DNA of 64,000 bases from Alphaproteobacteria bacterium (GCA_018401675.1 JAGYKM010000002.1:2871-66870), one strand, 5' to 3'; positions 32,244-42,903 are shown, numbered from the stretch's first letter. The notes: generated by a model from the letters alone, not told the origin. Numbers and translations are program-made.

Positions 32244-33221
32244 ATGAAGCTTTCTTATCAAAAGTTTTGCGCCTCTTTGACGCTTACCTATAAGGCGATT
32301 TTGTTTTCGAGTTTTGAAGATGAGCTTTTACAAGCCCCTTTTATCACCCATATAACTCATTTATTTCCAGGCGTTGAAGTGCTGCGGATTCCTGCTTCTG
32401 AAGCGCTTAATGGGGCCTACCCTCTTCTTGAAAACCTTCGCTCTCCAACTTTATTTGGACCTCCTCCAAAAATAGTTGTCGATGAGGTCACTCCTAGTCA
32501 TTTAAATGCCCTTAAGAAGCTTGTAGAACAGCTATTACCCTCGGATAAACTTCTCCTAACCAGTGGATACCTTAAAGCTTCCACTGCCTTGCGCACTTTT
32601 TTTGAAGCCACCAATGATTTATTTTTCACCCCCATCTATACCCCTAATGAATCCCAAATCCAACAAACTGTCAGCGCCCTCTTTAAAACCTATGGGCATT
32701 CGCCTACTTCAGAACTCGTGACCTATTTAGCCAATTTTTACAGTAAATCCACCCAACTTCTGGAAGCAGAACTTGTGCCTTTTTGCCTTCTTTTCACCAC
32801 TGCATGCCCTATCACTCTCTCCCAGTATCTCAGTTATACTCAGATAGCTTCACCGAATGAGACAGCTTTTTTAAAGGCTTTTCTCTTGCGACAAGCGCCT
32901 GATCACGCCGTTTCCCCATTTTCTTCTCCTATTGGATTTTTGAGATTGATGAGTTTTCATATTCAACGGCTTTTAGAGCAAAAAGGCAGTCACAGTCGTT
33001 TTCCAATAAAAACGTCTCTTGATATGAAACCTGTATATGAAAAAGCCAATTCTCTTTGGTCAGTCTCCGAACTCACAGAACAACTGAAAAAGATTCAATC
33101 TCTAGAAGTTAGCTATAAGACCCAAAGCCTCGATAATCAGTCTGATATTCTCTATAGCTTGTTTTCCTTGTTTCCGGAGAACCCCAAACAGGCAACCTCT
33201 CAAAAAAGCCATTCACAATAG
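32244..33221 (+). CDS. holA: DNA polymerase III delta subunit
   Basis: 325-aa ORF. The placement after lptE and an N-terminal pattern consistent with HolA support the call. Confidence 0.65.
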   Translation: MKLSYQKFCASLTLTYKAILFSSFEDELLQAPFITHITHLFPGVEVLRIPASEALNGAYPLLENLRSPTLFGPPPKIVVDEVTPSHLNALKKLVEQLLPSDKLLLTSGYLKASTALRTFFEATNDLFFTPIYTPNESQIQQTVSALFKTYGHSPTSELVTYLANFYSKSTQLLEAELVPFCLLFTTACPITLSQYLSYTQIASPNETAFLKAFLLRQAPDHAVSPFSSPIGFLRLMSFHIQRLLEQKGSHSRFPIKTSLDMKPVYEKANSLWSVSELTEQLKKIQSLEVSYKTQSLDNQSDILYSLFSLFPENPKQATSQKSHSQ

Positions 33222-33373
33222 AATACGTAACTTCAGGAGAAACAAGGAATCAATAGTCATCATCATGAGCCATAAATTGAGATACATGTCTTCTCAGGCA
33301 TCGACATTTTCTTGCCCCTGTCCTACTATCTGAATCAGTCTTATTGAAATTATTATGTTAAGGAAAATTTTTT

Positions 33374-34622
33374 ATGAAAAGAATTAATAACTCGAAAAAG
33401 ACTCACCCTTTTTTTACCTTTTTAATCTTGGCTTTGATGCTTACTGTTCTCCATGCGCCTTCCTGGGCGGTAGTGAGCGATTTGTCTGACGCCTCAAATA
33501 AGCCCACTTCTGTAAGGCACCGGGCAGCATGGAAAAAGCGCTGGAAAGACTTCGAGCCCTTCACGCTGAAAGAGATCACTATTTTGCGTTGTATCCAGCG
33601 CTCTTTATAAAACAAGGTCCTATCCCTTTCGGTAATGATATTACCGTCGCCATTTCTCATATTACAGATGAGGACACTCGAGCATCCGTGGCAGCGCTGG
33701 CTCCTCGCCTTTTTTCAGCCGTCCCAGATGACCGATTTAATGGATCTGACCGATCGAGGATAATTAAGGCTCTTGGGGCGATTTAGGATGAAAAGACCCG
33801 AAGGTCTACTGCAGATTTGGCTCAACAGATCACGATCATCGCTGGTACTATGCATAAAGATGTCGTGATCGAGATCCTTGGAAAGACCCCCGACGAGGCA
33901 ACACGACAATCGGTTGTGACCCTGTCTATAGGCCTTTATACTGCCGATATGAGGACTTCGACCGCCGGCAGATTTTTTCCATATTCTCCCAGATGCCCGA
34001 CGAGGCAACACGACGCTCTGTTTCGGATTTAGCGCCTGCTCTTTTATCCAAATCTGAGGCTCGGTGTCCCTATGAGAAGATTCATATTGTTGAAGCTCTG
34101 AGCGCCATTGAAGATGAGCTAACCCGACGCACTATTGGGGAGCTCACCCTTGAACTCCTGAAGCTCCCTGATCGGGAACGGAGTATACCTGAAATAATGA
34201 GCAGGCTTTTGGCTATTCGCGATGGATCTGTGCGTAAACTGGGTGTGGAATTGCTCCCTGAGCTTTTTACACGCTCTTTGACCGCGGATCTGCATCCAGA
34301 TACCTTGCCTATTATTATCAATTTTCTCTGCCAGGTTCCTGATGAAGCCGAAAGGCATTCTATGATCGGCCCCTTTGCGAACCTATTCAATAACCTTCAC
34401 GAAAGTCGGTTTGTTATGATCATGCAATCTGTTGAAAATTTCAAAGATATATCCACAAAACTGTCGTTTCTCCGCCACGTTTCTTCTCTTAAAGGAAAGT
34501 ATATGAGCGAGCACGACACCTCTACACTTATATCTATCCTTCAGAAATTTCCAGATAGAGACAGTCGAGAATCTTTCGTAAACCAGGTCCTTTGGGACAA
34601 GGCAGGAGCTCTAACCTCATAA
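33374..34622 (+). pseudogene. fragmented gene for a secreted protein with ~36-aa HEAT/PBS-lyase-like repeats
   Basis: Four ORFs in three frames. They comprise a signal-peptide ORF (33374-33610), a frame +1 segment with an in-frame TAG at 33784-33786, and a shift to frame 0 near 33950-33990. The motif (I/L)..xPDEATR.SV..LAP.L recurs, including an exact 19-nt repeat cccgacgaggcaacacgac at 33888 and 33997. Confidence 0.6.
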
Positions 34623-35074
34623 CAGTGACTGATATTCAGCAACTTTTTCGAGAGATGAACGTCGCCCCATGAAGCCGTGCTAGTCTAATCTAGAGAGAAA
34701 TCTGGAGCTGACAAGACCCAGGTTATTCCCTGGCAAGTATACTTGCCTTTTGAGGCTTGCTAAACCAGAAATATCAAGTGAGAAGAGGGTTTCTTTGACG
34801 AGTTATAGATGGGTTATTAACTTCCAAGTCAACTTACTGGCTGCTCTCGTAACGTCCGTCTTCAAATCCAATAAAGTCCCCATTACCTTCAAAAAACTGC
34901 CTCTTGCCAGCGCAATGTCATCCAAGAGGGAGTTAATCCTCCTGGTTAAGGATAAGTCACCTGAAGTCCTGGAGGGTTGATCAGCTCCCTTTCTTTTAAA
35001 ACCGCAAGAATGTCCTTTATCTTCAAAGACAGACATGCCAGAATCCTTAAAATTAATTAACCTTCAAAGAAGGG

Positions 35075-37240
35075 GTGACCTGCCTTATGCCTGGCACTTT
35101 AAACACGCAAGAAAATATAAATATTTCCTTAAAAACGCCTTTGGGGGAAAATACCCTCATTTTAGAATCCTTGGAGGGTGAGGAGCATATATCACGCCCC
35201 TTCTCTTTCAGGCTCTCCATGTACGCCCACTCTCCCTCTCTTGACTTAAGTCGTTTGTTGGGAAAAGAAGCCACCGTCACCTTTAAGATTAAAGGGGACG
35301 TTCGATACCTCCATGGGATCATTGGCCAAGTTGCTCAAGGGCCAACGGTAGGACACCCTACTGCTCGAGAATCAGAGCGCACGTTGAAAGGGGCACAAGT
35401 AACTTACTATACAGCCTTTTTATACCCCTCTTTCTGGATAGAACACTTTAACCAAGATTGTCGTATATATCAAAACCAAGATACGCTGAAGATTGTTACA
35501 GAGCTCTTGAAAAAAAATAAAAAAATGCGCATTAAGGATCTTAGCCACCGCTTGGGACGCCAAGTCTTTGAGTACTGTGTGCGCTATAACGAGAGTACTT
35601 TTAATTTCGTCAGCCGGTTATTAGAAACCGCAGGGATTTACTATTTTTTCGAGCAAAAACATGACGAGCATACCCTTATTCTCAGTGATGGGGAATCGGG
35701 ATCAACTTACATTAGTGGACGTGAAATAGTTCCTTATATTCGCGAAAAATTTACCCGTCATATTCCCAATGCGGCCTTTGAGTGCTATTGGACCGAGTCC
35801 ACGGTTCCCGATGCTTTTTCTGCAGGGGACTTTAACTATGAAATACCCCACACCCGCTTGTTCTCAGAATCGAAAGGCCACGGCATTGGGGGAGAAGTGT
35901 ATGAGTATCCGGGAGGGTTCCAGAAGCAATCTATAGCTGAAAAAACCACCCCTTTACGCATTGAAGAAAGAGAATCTTTGCAAAAGATGCTAAGAGGGCA
36001 ATCTACGGTTTCCTCTTTTGCCCCTGGGTATAAATTCAAACTCAGAGGCCATGAACGCAAGGATATTAATACCACTTACATTATCCATTCCGTCCATCAC
36101 GAAGCCAGTTACGAAGAGGAAGAAGGCGGATTTTTATACAAAAATTCTTTTACGGCTTTTCCGGAAAAAACACGGTTCCGCCCGGATCTTAGAACGCCCC
36201 ATCCTAAGATCTATGGCTCTCAAACAGCTATAGTCACTGGAAAGAAAGATGAGGAAATATGGACCGATTCTTACAGTCGGATTAAGGTTAAGTTCCATTG
36301 GGATCGTTATGGTAAGGACGATGAAACCAGTTCCTGTTGGATCCGAGTGTCTACCGCGTGGGCTGGAGCTCACTGGGGGACCTTGTACACGCCTCGCATA
36401 GGCCAAGAAGTGGTGGTTAGTTTTTTAAATGGAGATCCAAATAAACCCTTGGTCACAGGCTCGGTATATAACGGTGTCCATAAACCGCCTTATCGTGCTG
36501 AAGACCCTACTATTGCTACGATGAAATCCAGCACCTCTAAAGGAGGCAAAGGATTTAATGAAATCCGTTTCCAAGACAAAAAGGACCATGAAGAGCTGTA
36601 TGTTCATGCTCAAAAAGATATGGCCATAGACATTATTAACAACAGAACCACCAAGATAGAAAAAGGTAATTGCACCACCACCATTGAAGCGGGAGATCGA
36701 ACGGTAACTTTGACTGGAAAAAAGAAGAAAGATGAAGATCCTGGAGGTCCTAAAAAGAGAGGAAATGATTTCTTAACTTTGGATACGGGAAGTCGCACTG
36801 TCAAACTCTTGGGTAAAGGTTCCGAAGAAGGATCCCATACGATGGATATTGCCAAGGGCAATCACACCTTATCCATTAAAAAGGGAAACGAGATCCGAAC
36901 CCTTACTGAAGGTAATCAGACCATCAAATTGGCCAAAGGCAATCAAACGGTTACTGTGAATGGCTCCCGGACTGAGTCTATTACCAAAGACTATACCTTG
37001 ACTGTTAAAGGCAATCTAATCATTGACGTAACGGGGAATATTACCTTAAAAGCCGGCCAGAATCTATTGGTCAAGGCGGGCCAAAACATCACCATGGACG
37101 CTGGTATGAGCTTTATAGGTAAAGCCGCAACCAATGTTACTTTCTCTGGCGCTGTCATGGCTCTCAAAGCCACAGGGACTGGAATTTATGAAGCCTCGGG
37201 TGTTCTCACTCTTAAAGGTTCTCTTGTAACCATTGTCTAA
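35075..37240 (+). CDS. vgrG: type VI secretion spike protein VgrG
   Basis: 721-aa ORF carrying the gp27-like N-domain, the hallmark gp5 OB-fold motif RIGQEVVVSFLNGDPNKPLVTGSVYNG, and a C-terminal beta-helical repeat region. The likely start is Met at 35087. There is no C-terminal effector extension. Confidence 0.9.
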   Translation: MTCLMPGTLNTQENINISLKTPLGENTLILESLEGEEHISRPFSFRLSMYAHSPSLDLSRLLGKEATVTFKIKGDVRYLHGIIGQVAQGPTVGHPTARESERTLKGAQVTYYTAFLYPSFWIEHFNQDCRIYQNQDTLKIVTELLKKNKKMRIKDLSHRLGRQVFEYCVRYNESTFNFVSRLLETAGIYYFFEQKHDEHTLILSDGESGSTYISGREIVPYIREKFTRHIPNAAFECYWTESTVPDAFSAGDFNYEIPHTRLFSESKGHGIGGEVYEYPGGFQKQSIAEKTTPLRIEERESLQKMLRGQSTVSSFAPGYKFKLRGHERKDINTTYIIHSVHHEASYEEEEGGFLYKNSFTAFPEKTRFRPDLRTPHPKIYGSQTAIVTGKKDEEIWTDSYSRIKVKFHWDRYGKDDETSSCWIRVSTAWAGAHWGTLYTPRIGQEVVVSFLNGDPNKPLVTGSVYNGVHKPPYRAEDPTIATMKSSTSKGGKGFNEIRFQDKKDHEELYVHAQKDMAIDIINNRTTKIEKGNCTTTIEAGDRTVTLTGKKKKDEDPGGPKKRGNDFLTLDTGSRTVKLLGKGSEEGSHTMDIAKGNHTLSIKKGNEIRTLTEGNQTIKLAKGNQTVTVNGSRTESITKDYTLTVKGNLIIDVTGNITLKAGQNLLVKAGQNITMDAGMSFIGKAATNVTFSGAVMALKATGTGIYEASGVLTLKGSLVTIV

Positions 37241-37272
37241 AACTGGAACGTGCTGTTTGGAGGGCCTTAATT

Positions 37273-40000
37273 ATGACTGATGACACCTTCCCCTTTATCC
37301 TAGTGGATGGATCGGGGTATATTTTTAGAGCTTACTTTGCTCTTCCATCCCTAACGCGACATGATGGAGGCAGCGTAGGTGCGGTTTTTGGTTTTACCAG
37401 CATGCTTCTTAAGCTTCTTGATTCACAAGGGCGCGATGGGTTGGTGGTTATATTTGATGCAGGCCGGAAAACCTTCCGGAATACCATTTATCCAGCTTAT
37501 AAGGAGAATCGCCCCCCACCCCCGGAGGATCTCATTCCTCAATTTCCCTTAACCCGTGTGGCGTGTGAGGCCTTGGGCGTTGAGTGGATTGAAAGTGATG
37601 GATTCGAAGCTGATGATTTAATCGCTTCTTATACTAAAAAAGCCCTCGCGTCGGGCAGAAAAGTGCGCATCATCTCCAGTGACAAGGATTTGATGCAGTT
37701 AATTCAGCCTGGGGTTACCTTTTTTGATCCCATGAAACAAAAAGTCGTCGATGAAGTAGGTGTATTGGAAAAATTTGGTGTGGCTCCGAATCAAGTCTGC
37801 GATGTTTTGTCTTTGATGGGAGACGCAAGTGATAATATACCCGGAGTGCCCGGCATTGGACCGAAAGGAGCCGGTCAGCTCATTCAGCGTTTTGGAAATT
37901 TAGACACTCTGTTAAGTCACATAGACCAAGTGGAGAAACCCTCCCACCGTAAAACTCTAGAAGAACATAAAGATAAAGCGTTGCTGTCTTACCAATTGGT
38001 GTGTCTGGATGCGGATGTTCCCTTGCCTATGCCCTTAAAGGATCTCAAAACCAAGCCTTTAGATATGAATTTATGTTTGTCCTTTTTTAAAGAACAAGGA
38101 TTTTCCTCTCTTATTCCTCGATTAGAAAGATATAGAGCAAAACTGGGGCAAGAAAGCATAACGGCCTCACCTGAAGGTGAGAAATATGCCCCTCAACTGG
38201 AGTGGACTTATGAACCTCTGGCCAACAAAAGTGAACTCGTTGCGGTTGTGGAAAAAGCTTCTAACGCCTCTTATCTCTCTTTGGTACTTGAGGACACCCA
38301 AGATGGGCAAAAAATTGCCTTTTGCTTCGAGGATAAAAATGCCTATAGCGTCCTCTTAACCAGTTCAGGAACGGGGGACCTTTTTACCCCCACTGCAGGA
38401 CAGCTAACTTTTAAAGAAGCTTTGAGCGTTTTAGCGCCCCTGCTCAAAGACAAGAGTCTTATGAAAGTCAGCCAAGACATCAAACAGATCCTTCTGGTTC
38501 TCGCCCCTTATGGCTTTTCCTTAGAACCTTTTCAGGATGTACTTCTTATGGGATACGATGTGTCAGGATGTAAAACTGGACAAACCTTGAGTAGTTTGGT
38601 TGATGACTACTTAGAGCTATCCTACGAGGATAAAAAGACCCTAGGCCTCATAGAGCCCGAATCTACGCCTTCCATGAGCCCAGATAAACGCGATGCCGCT
38701 CAGGCTTATTTGGGTCTTAAGCTGGTTTCTGTTCTTCAAAGTCGCCTCATTAAAGAAAAAGTGTCGAGTATATATGAGTGTATTGATAAGCCCGTTATCC
38801 CGGTTCTTGGAACTATGGAGCGGAAGGGCATACTTGTAAGCGCTGAGCGGCTCAAGCTCTTAGGCAATGAGTTTGGAGAAAAAATGAATTCCTTGGAAAC
38901 CCAAATTTATGCCCAAGCCGGGCATAGTTTTTCTATTGGGTCTCCCAAACAATTAGCGGAAGTTCTCTACAAGGAAATGGGCTTTGAAACGGGGTCTAAA
39001 GGCAAGTCTGGTGACTATAGTACCAAAGCAGATATACTTGAGGCACTGGCCGCCCAAGGGCATATTTTTCCCCAGCTGGTTTTACAGTGGCGCGCTTTGG
39101 CCAAATTAAAAAATACCTATGCCGATGGTCTTCTTGAGTACATCGATCCTACTGATTCTCGTATTCATACCTCAATGTCGTTGACGGCCACGGCCACTGG
39201 AAGGCTTGCTTCTTTTAACCCCAATCTTCAAAATATTCCCATACGTACCGAGGAAGGTATAAAAATTCGCAGTGCCTTTTGCGTTCCGGAAAATCATGTG
39301 CTCCTGTCTCTCGACTATTCTCAAATCGAGTTACGTCTTTTGGCACATATGGCTAATATTCCCTCCCTCATTGACGCTTTTTGGAAGAATCAAGATATTC
39401 ACGCCATTACCGCTGCCCACGTATTTGAGTGCCCACTGGACAAAGTAGATAAGGCCCTAAGACGAAAAGCTAAAATCATCAATTTTGGCATTATATATGG
39501 CATAAGTCCCTTTGGCCTTTCCCAACAACTAGGTATTTCAAGAACCGAGGCAAAAGAACACATAGATAGCTACTTTAAAACCTATCCGGGCATTCAAGAT
39601 TACATGGAAGCTAAAAAGGAGGAGGCGCGCCAAAAAGGATACGTAGAAACCTTATGGGGACGCCGATGCCGTATTACGGATATTCATAGCTCTAACGGAA
39701 TCAAAAGAAGCTTTGCAGAAAGACAAGCCATTAACGCGCCTTTACAAGGCAATCGCTGCGGATATTATTAAAAAAGCAATGATTCAAAGCTATGAATGGG
39801 AAAAGGAGAAACAAACAGCCCCGAGTTTGTTACTTCAAGTTCATGATGAGCTCTTATTCGAGGTTTCTGAAAAAGAGTTTTTAGTTTATGCAAATTCTTT
39901 AAAATCCATCATGGAAGGGGTTATTAAGCTCTCCGTTCCTTTGGTGGTTGACGTTTTCAAAGGAAATAATTGGGGCGCTTTGAGACCAGTAGCCTCTTGA
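37273..40000 (+). pseudogene. polA: DNA polymerase I, frameshifted near the C-terminus
   Basis: The 832-aa ORF holds the 5'-3' exonuclease domain, a degenerate 3'-5' exonuclease domain, and polymerase motifs A and B. The frame breaks at about 39750, inside the conserved INAPLQG|AADIIK region. Motif C (QVHDELLFEV) and the C-terminus are encoded in the overlapping 95-aa ORF 39713-40000. Confidence 0.8.
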
Positions 40001-40102
40001 AGTAAACCTTAGTATTTATTTTTGTTGCACATTGATAACTAAGGCGCCTTGACAGGAAATACCCCGGAAGTTACCCTTTCACTTAGTTGTTAACTAATCG
40101 AA

Positions 40103-40342
40103 ATGAACTTTTATAGTAGAAAAACAATGATCAAAATACTCTCAACAAGTCTTTGCTTAGCTTTGGCTGCTTTCACCTTGCCTGCTTTTAACGTTAGTGC
40201 GGATAAGTGCCATGGTAAATGTATCTGCGTAACAGGAAAACCATGTCCCGACAAGGACTGTAATTGCACCGAAAAAGGCGTGCAGGTTGCACGTTGTGAC
40301 TGTCTTACTAAAAAAGAAGAGGCTGAAAAAAAAGCCGCTTAA
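40103..40342 (+). CDS. small secreted cysteine-rich protein
   Basis: 79-aa ORF with a signal peptide (likely start at MIKILST). The ~45-aa mature region contains 11 Cys and ends in a K/E-rich tail. Confidence 0.5.
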   Translation: MNFYSRKTMIKILSTSLCLALAAFTLPAFNVSADKCHGKCICVTGKPCPDKDCNCTEKGVQVARCDCLTKKEEAEKKAA

Positions 40343-40352
40343 CCCTACAATA

Positions 40353-40388
40353 CCCCCCTTGGAAGGGTGCAAAACCGCTCCAAGGGGG
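40353..40388 (+). terminator. GC-rich hairpin after the Cys-rich ORF (possible terminator)
   Basis: A 9-bp stem (cccccttgg / ccaaggggg) is present. It lacks a clear U-tract. Confidence 0.3.
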
Positions 40389-40601
40389 TACTTATAAAAA
40401 ACTTTAAAACTAAAAAGATTTAGAGATTACGCCCATTATACCGTTACTATGGGATTTACTCATGTTCTAGGTGACAAAAGCGCTTCCTTATTGGTACCCC
40501 CCAAGACTAGTGCCGCTTTATAAGCAATAAATACAAAAAAGCCCGAAAGATAATGAACATGTGTAAAATCAAGTTTAGTCGTTTAAATTTTTGTTTATTT
40601 T

Positions 40602-41477
40602 ATGGGGACTCTTCTATGGGGACCGGTTGGCGGAACGGATCTAAAGCCCAAATCAACTTTTTTGATTTCATGTAATTACACCGCCAGTAAGTTTCTGGAC
40701 CTGCTCCATGATGACTTTTCTACAAAATTATTGCAAAAAAATCTCCCAGCCCTAAGCGACGTAATAGTTCCGCACTACCTTATAAAAGAAACATTGAAAA
40801 AGAACGGTATTTTCATTGGAGGTAGACCCAAAGGGAGCTATTGCGCACAAACGGGTTACACCGTGCCTATTATGGTTTTTTTCAACAAGAAAACCTTGAA
40901 GACTGAATCTCTTAATCTGTCAAAAGAAGATCTTCGAGCTATTGTTTTCAGCACCATTTTTCATGAAAATATGCCTATTACCGGACATAATGTGGGCCGT
41001 TATTGGACCATATATACTGGAGCCATAGTCGGATCAACCAAGAAAGGTATTTCGAATTATACGAACATTCCCTATAGCCGTGTCAAACAAACCAGTGAGA
41101 ATCCCAAAGCTTCCTTTGAAAATGCGAACTTCATCCGAGATCTGATTATTGATGATAATGTAGACTTTGTGTTTGTTCCCTATCCTCTCAATAATATGTT
41201 TTTTCATACAGAAGAATCAGATGCAATAGGTATAGCCACCGTTGAAGGCAAGATGCCAAATGACCTAAACTACCCTATTGTAGATTATATACTGTATGTT
41301 TGCGGACAAAACGCAGATAATCAGCTCGTTGACTCGGTAGCTCAAATCCTAAATGACAGAGATATCCAACATAAACTGAAAGAATTTGGGGTTTTCCCCA
41401 TAGAGGATAACCAAAAGGCTCTGGCAGAAAAGTTAGCGCTAGAATGTCCTGATCTTTATGCAAGAAGCGTTTATTAG
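40602..41477 (+). CDS. hypothetical protein (orphan; candidate T6SS-associated cargo)
   Basis: 291-aa ORF in an AT-rich segment between vgrG/polA and tssB. No family was recognised by eye. Confidence 0.45.
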   Translation: MGTLLWGPVGGTDLKPKSTFLISCNYTASKFLDLLHDDFSTKLLQKNLPALSDVIVPHYLIKETLKKNGIFIGGRPKGSYCAQTGYTVPIMVFFNKKTLKTESLNLSKEDLRAIVFSTIFHENMPITGHNVGRYWTIYTGAIVGSTKKGISNYTNIPYSRVKQTSENPKASFENANFIRDLIIDDNVDFVFVPYPLNNMFFHTEESDAIGIATVEGKMPNDLNYPIVDYILYVCGQNADNQLVDSVAQILNDRDIQHKLKEFGVFPIEDNQKALAEKLALECPDLYARSVY

Positions 41478-41647
41478 CTTACTTTTCTTTCAAACGAAGT
41501 CCCTATCCCTAAAATAATGAACACATAACCACGACACCAAAAAGATCATCCATAGATAGACATGGTTCTTCTATGCCTCTTTACGACTAAGAACATTTCG
41601 TACGTAAATAGGTAAAAACAAGTGATCGTTTTTCAAAACATGTCTTT

Positions 41648-41721
41648 TGGAGCGGGCGAGGGGAATCGAACCCCCGTCGTAAGCTTGGGAAGCTTCTGCT
41701 CTACCATTGAGCTACGCCCGC
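41648..41721 (-). tRNA. tRNA-Gly (anticodon CCC)
   Basis: The reverse complement reads GCGGGCGTAGCTCAATGGTAGAGCAGAAGCTTCCCAAGCTTACGACGGGGGTTCGATTCCCCTCGCCCGCTCCA. It is near-identical to E. coli tRNA-Gly(CCC), with anticodon loop TTCCCAA. Confidence 0.9.
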
Positions 41722-41738
41722 TATTTTTCTAAAGATGG

Positions 41739-41814
41739 TGGTGTCCCCAACGGGATTCGAACCCGTGTTGCCGCCTTGAAAGGGCAGTGTCCTAGGCCTC
41801 TAGACGATGGGGAC
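41739..41814 (-). tRNA. tRNA-Glu (anticodon TTC)
   Basis: The reverse complement reads GTCCCCATCGTCTAGAGGCCTAGGACACTGCCCTTTCAAGGCGGCAACACGGGTTCGAATCCCGTTGGGGACACCA. It resembles E. coli tRNA-Glu, with anticodon loop CTTTCAA. Confidence 0.9.
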
Positions 41815-42324
41815 AATAGCGAAATTTCTAGCGTGAACCTTTCATAAAAGCAAGTGTTTTCTCCTCACTTCCACTCTTTGAGCCTTGGGTTTTAGTTCGG
41901 TGCAAATAATTTTGCCAAAATCAAACCCATCTATAGATGTACAAAATAAGAGAGGTCGCAAACATCTTTATTTATTTTAACGTAATCTACGGCCAGGAGT
42001 TGCTCCCAGTAAGGTGCCCCATCTCCCGTAGACTTAAGTAGTTACCTTCTTATGATCTCAATTATATAGGTGAAATTAACAACATATATTCGCTCTTTTC
42101 AAAAAAATAGTTTTGATTTTAGCTTAATGTTTTCAAATGTCTACAAGAAGTTACTGGCAGTTTTCTCTGTTCTTTTCTGTCTACTTTGGCTTCCGCAAAC
42201 AAAATTTACTTAAATCATCTTGATTTATTTCCAAAATAGGTAGATCATAAGATAAATAGTGAATGAGGGGCTAATAGTCCCCCTAAACAAAAACAATAAA
42301 CACGAATAAAAACTGGGAGCTGCC

Positions 42325-42903
42325 ATGAGTGAAAGTATCCAACATCTTCTTGAAAAGATTCGTCCCCCTCGCGTCCAAATTACTTATGACGTGGAAATAG
42401 GTGATGCAATCATAATGAAACAATTGCCATTTACCGTTGGTGTACTGGCAGACTTGGCAGGGGTTCCGGATCCTAATTCTCCTCCTGTACCGCTCAAAGA
42501 TAGACAATTCGATTCTATTGATCGGAGCACTTTTGATGTGATTATGGGCAAAATTGGTCCACGTTTACCACTTCAAGTGCAAAACGTGATGACGCCTAAT
42601 GGAGGGCCTTTAGAGGTGCTTTTGAATTTCAAAAGCATGGAAGATTTCAATCCAATTAACGTGGCAAGACAAGTACCAGAAGTCGCTCAAGTGCTTCAAG
42701 CCAGAGAACTTCTTGCCAACTTGCTCACCAAGCTTGTAGGAAATCAACCTCTTGAAACCCTTCTTGAGTCTGTTTTGGCCACCCCTGATTTACCAAAAAG
42801 CCTTTTGGCCCAAGCTCAAGCAGCAATCAAAAAGAGCCAACAAGCTCCTGCTAAAGCTGACGCGAAACCAGGTCAAACACCACCTGCACCCTCTTCAAAA
42901 TAA
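42325..42903 (+). CDS. tssB: type VI secretion sheath small subunit TssB (VipA)
   Basis: 192-aa ORF. PRVQITYDVEIGDAI..KQLPFTVGVLADLAG...PL.DR.F..IDR..FD is a strong match to the TssB/DUF770 consensus. Confidence 0.9.
   Translation: MSESIQHLLEKIRPPRVQITYDVEIGDAIIMKQLPFTVGVLADLAGVPDPNSPPVPLKDRQFDSIDRSTFDVIMGKIGPRLPLQVQNVMTPNGGPLEVLLNFKSMEDFNPINVARQVPEVAQVLQARELLANLLTKLVGNQPLETLLESVLATPDLPKSLLAQAQAAIKKSQQAPAKADAKPGQTPPAPSSK

Noticed and set aside
42100-42325. A sigma-54 (-24 GG / -12 GC) promoter upstream of tssB (tggcagttttctctg).
   Set aside because: The spacing gives TG rather than GC at the -12 position. It is not convincing.
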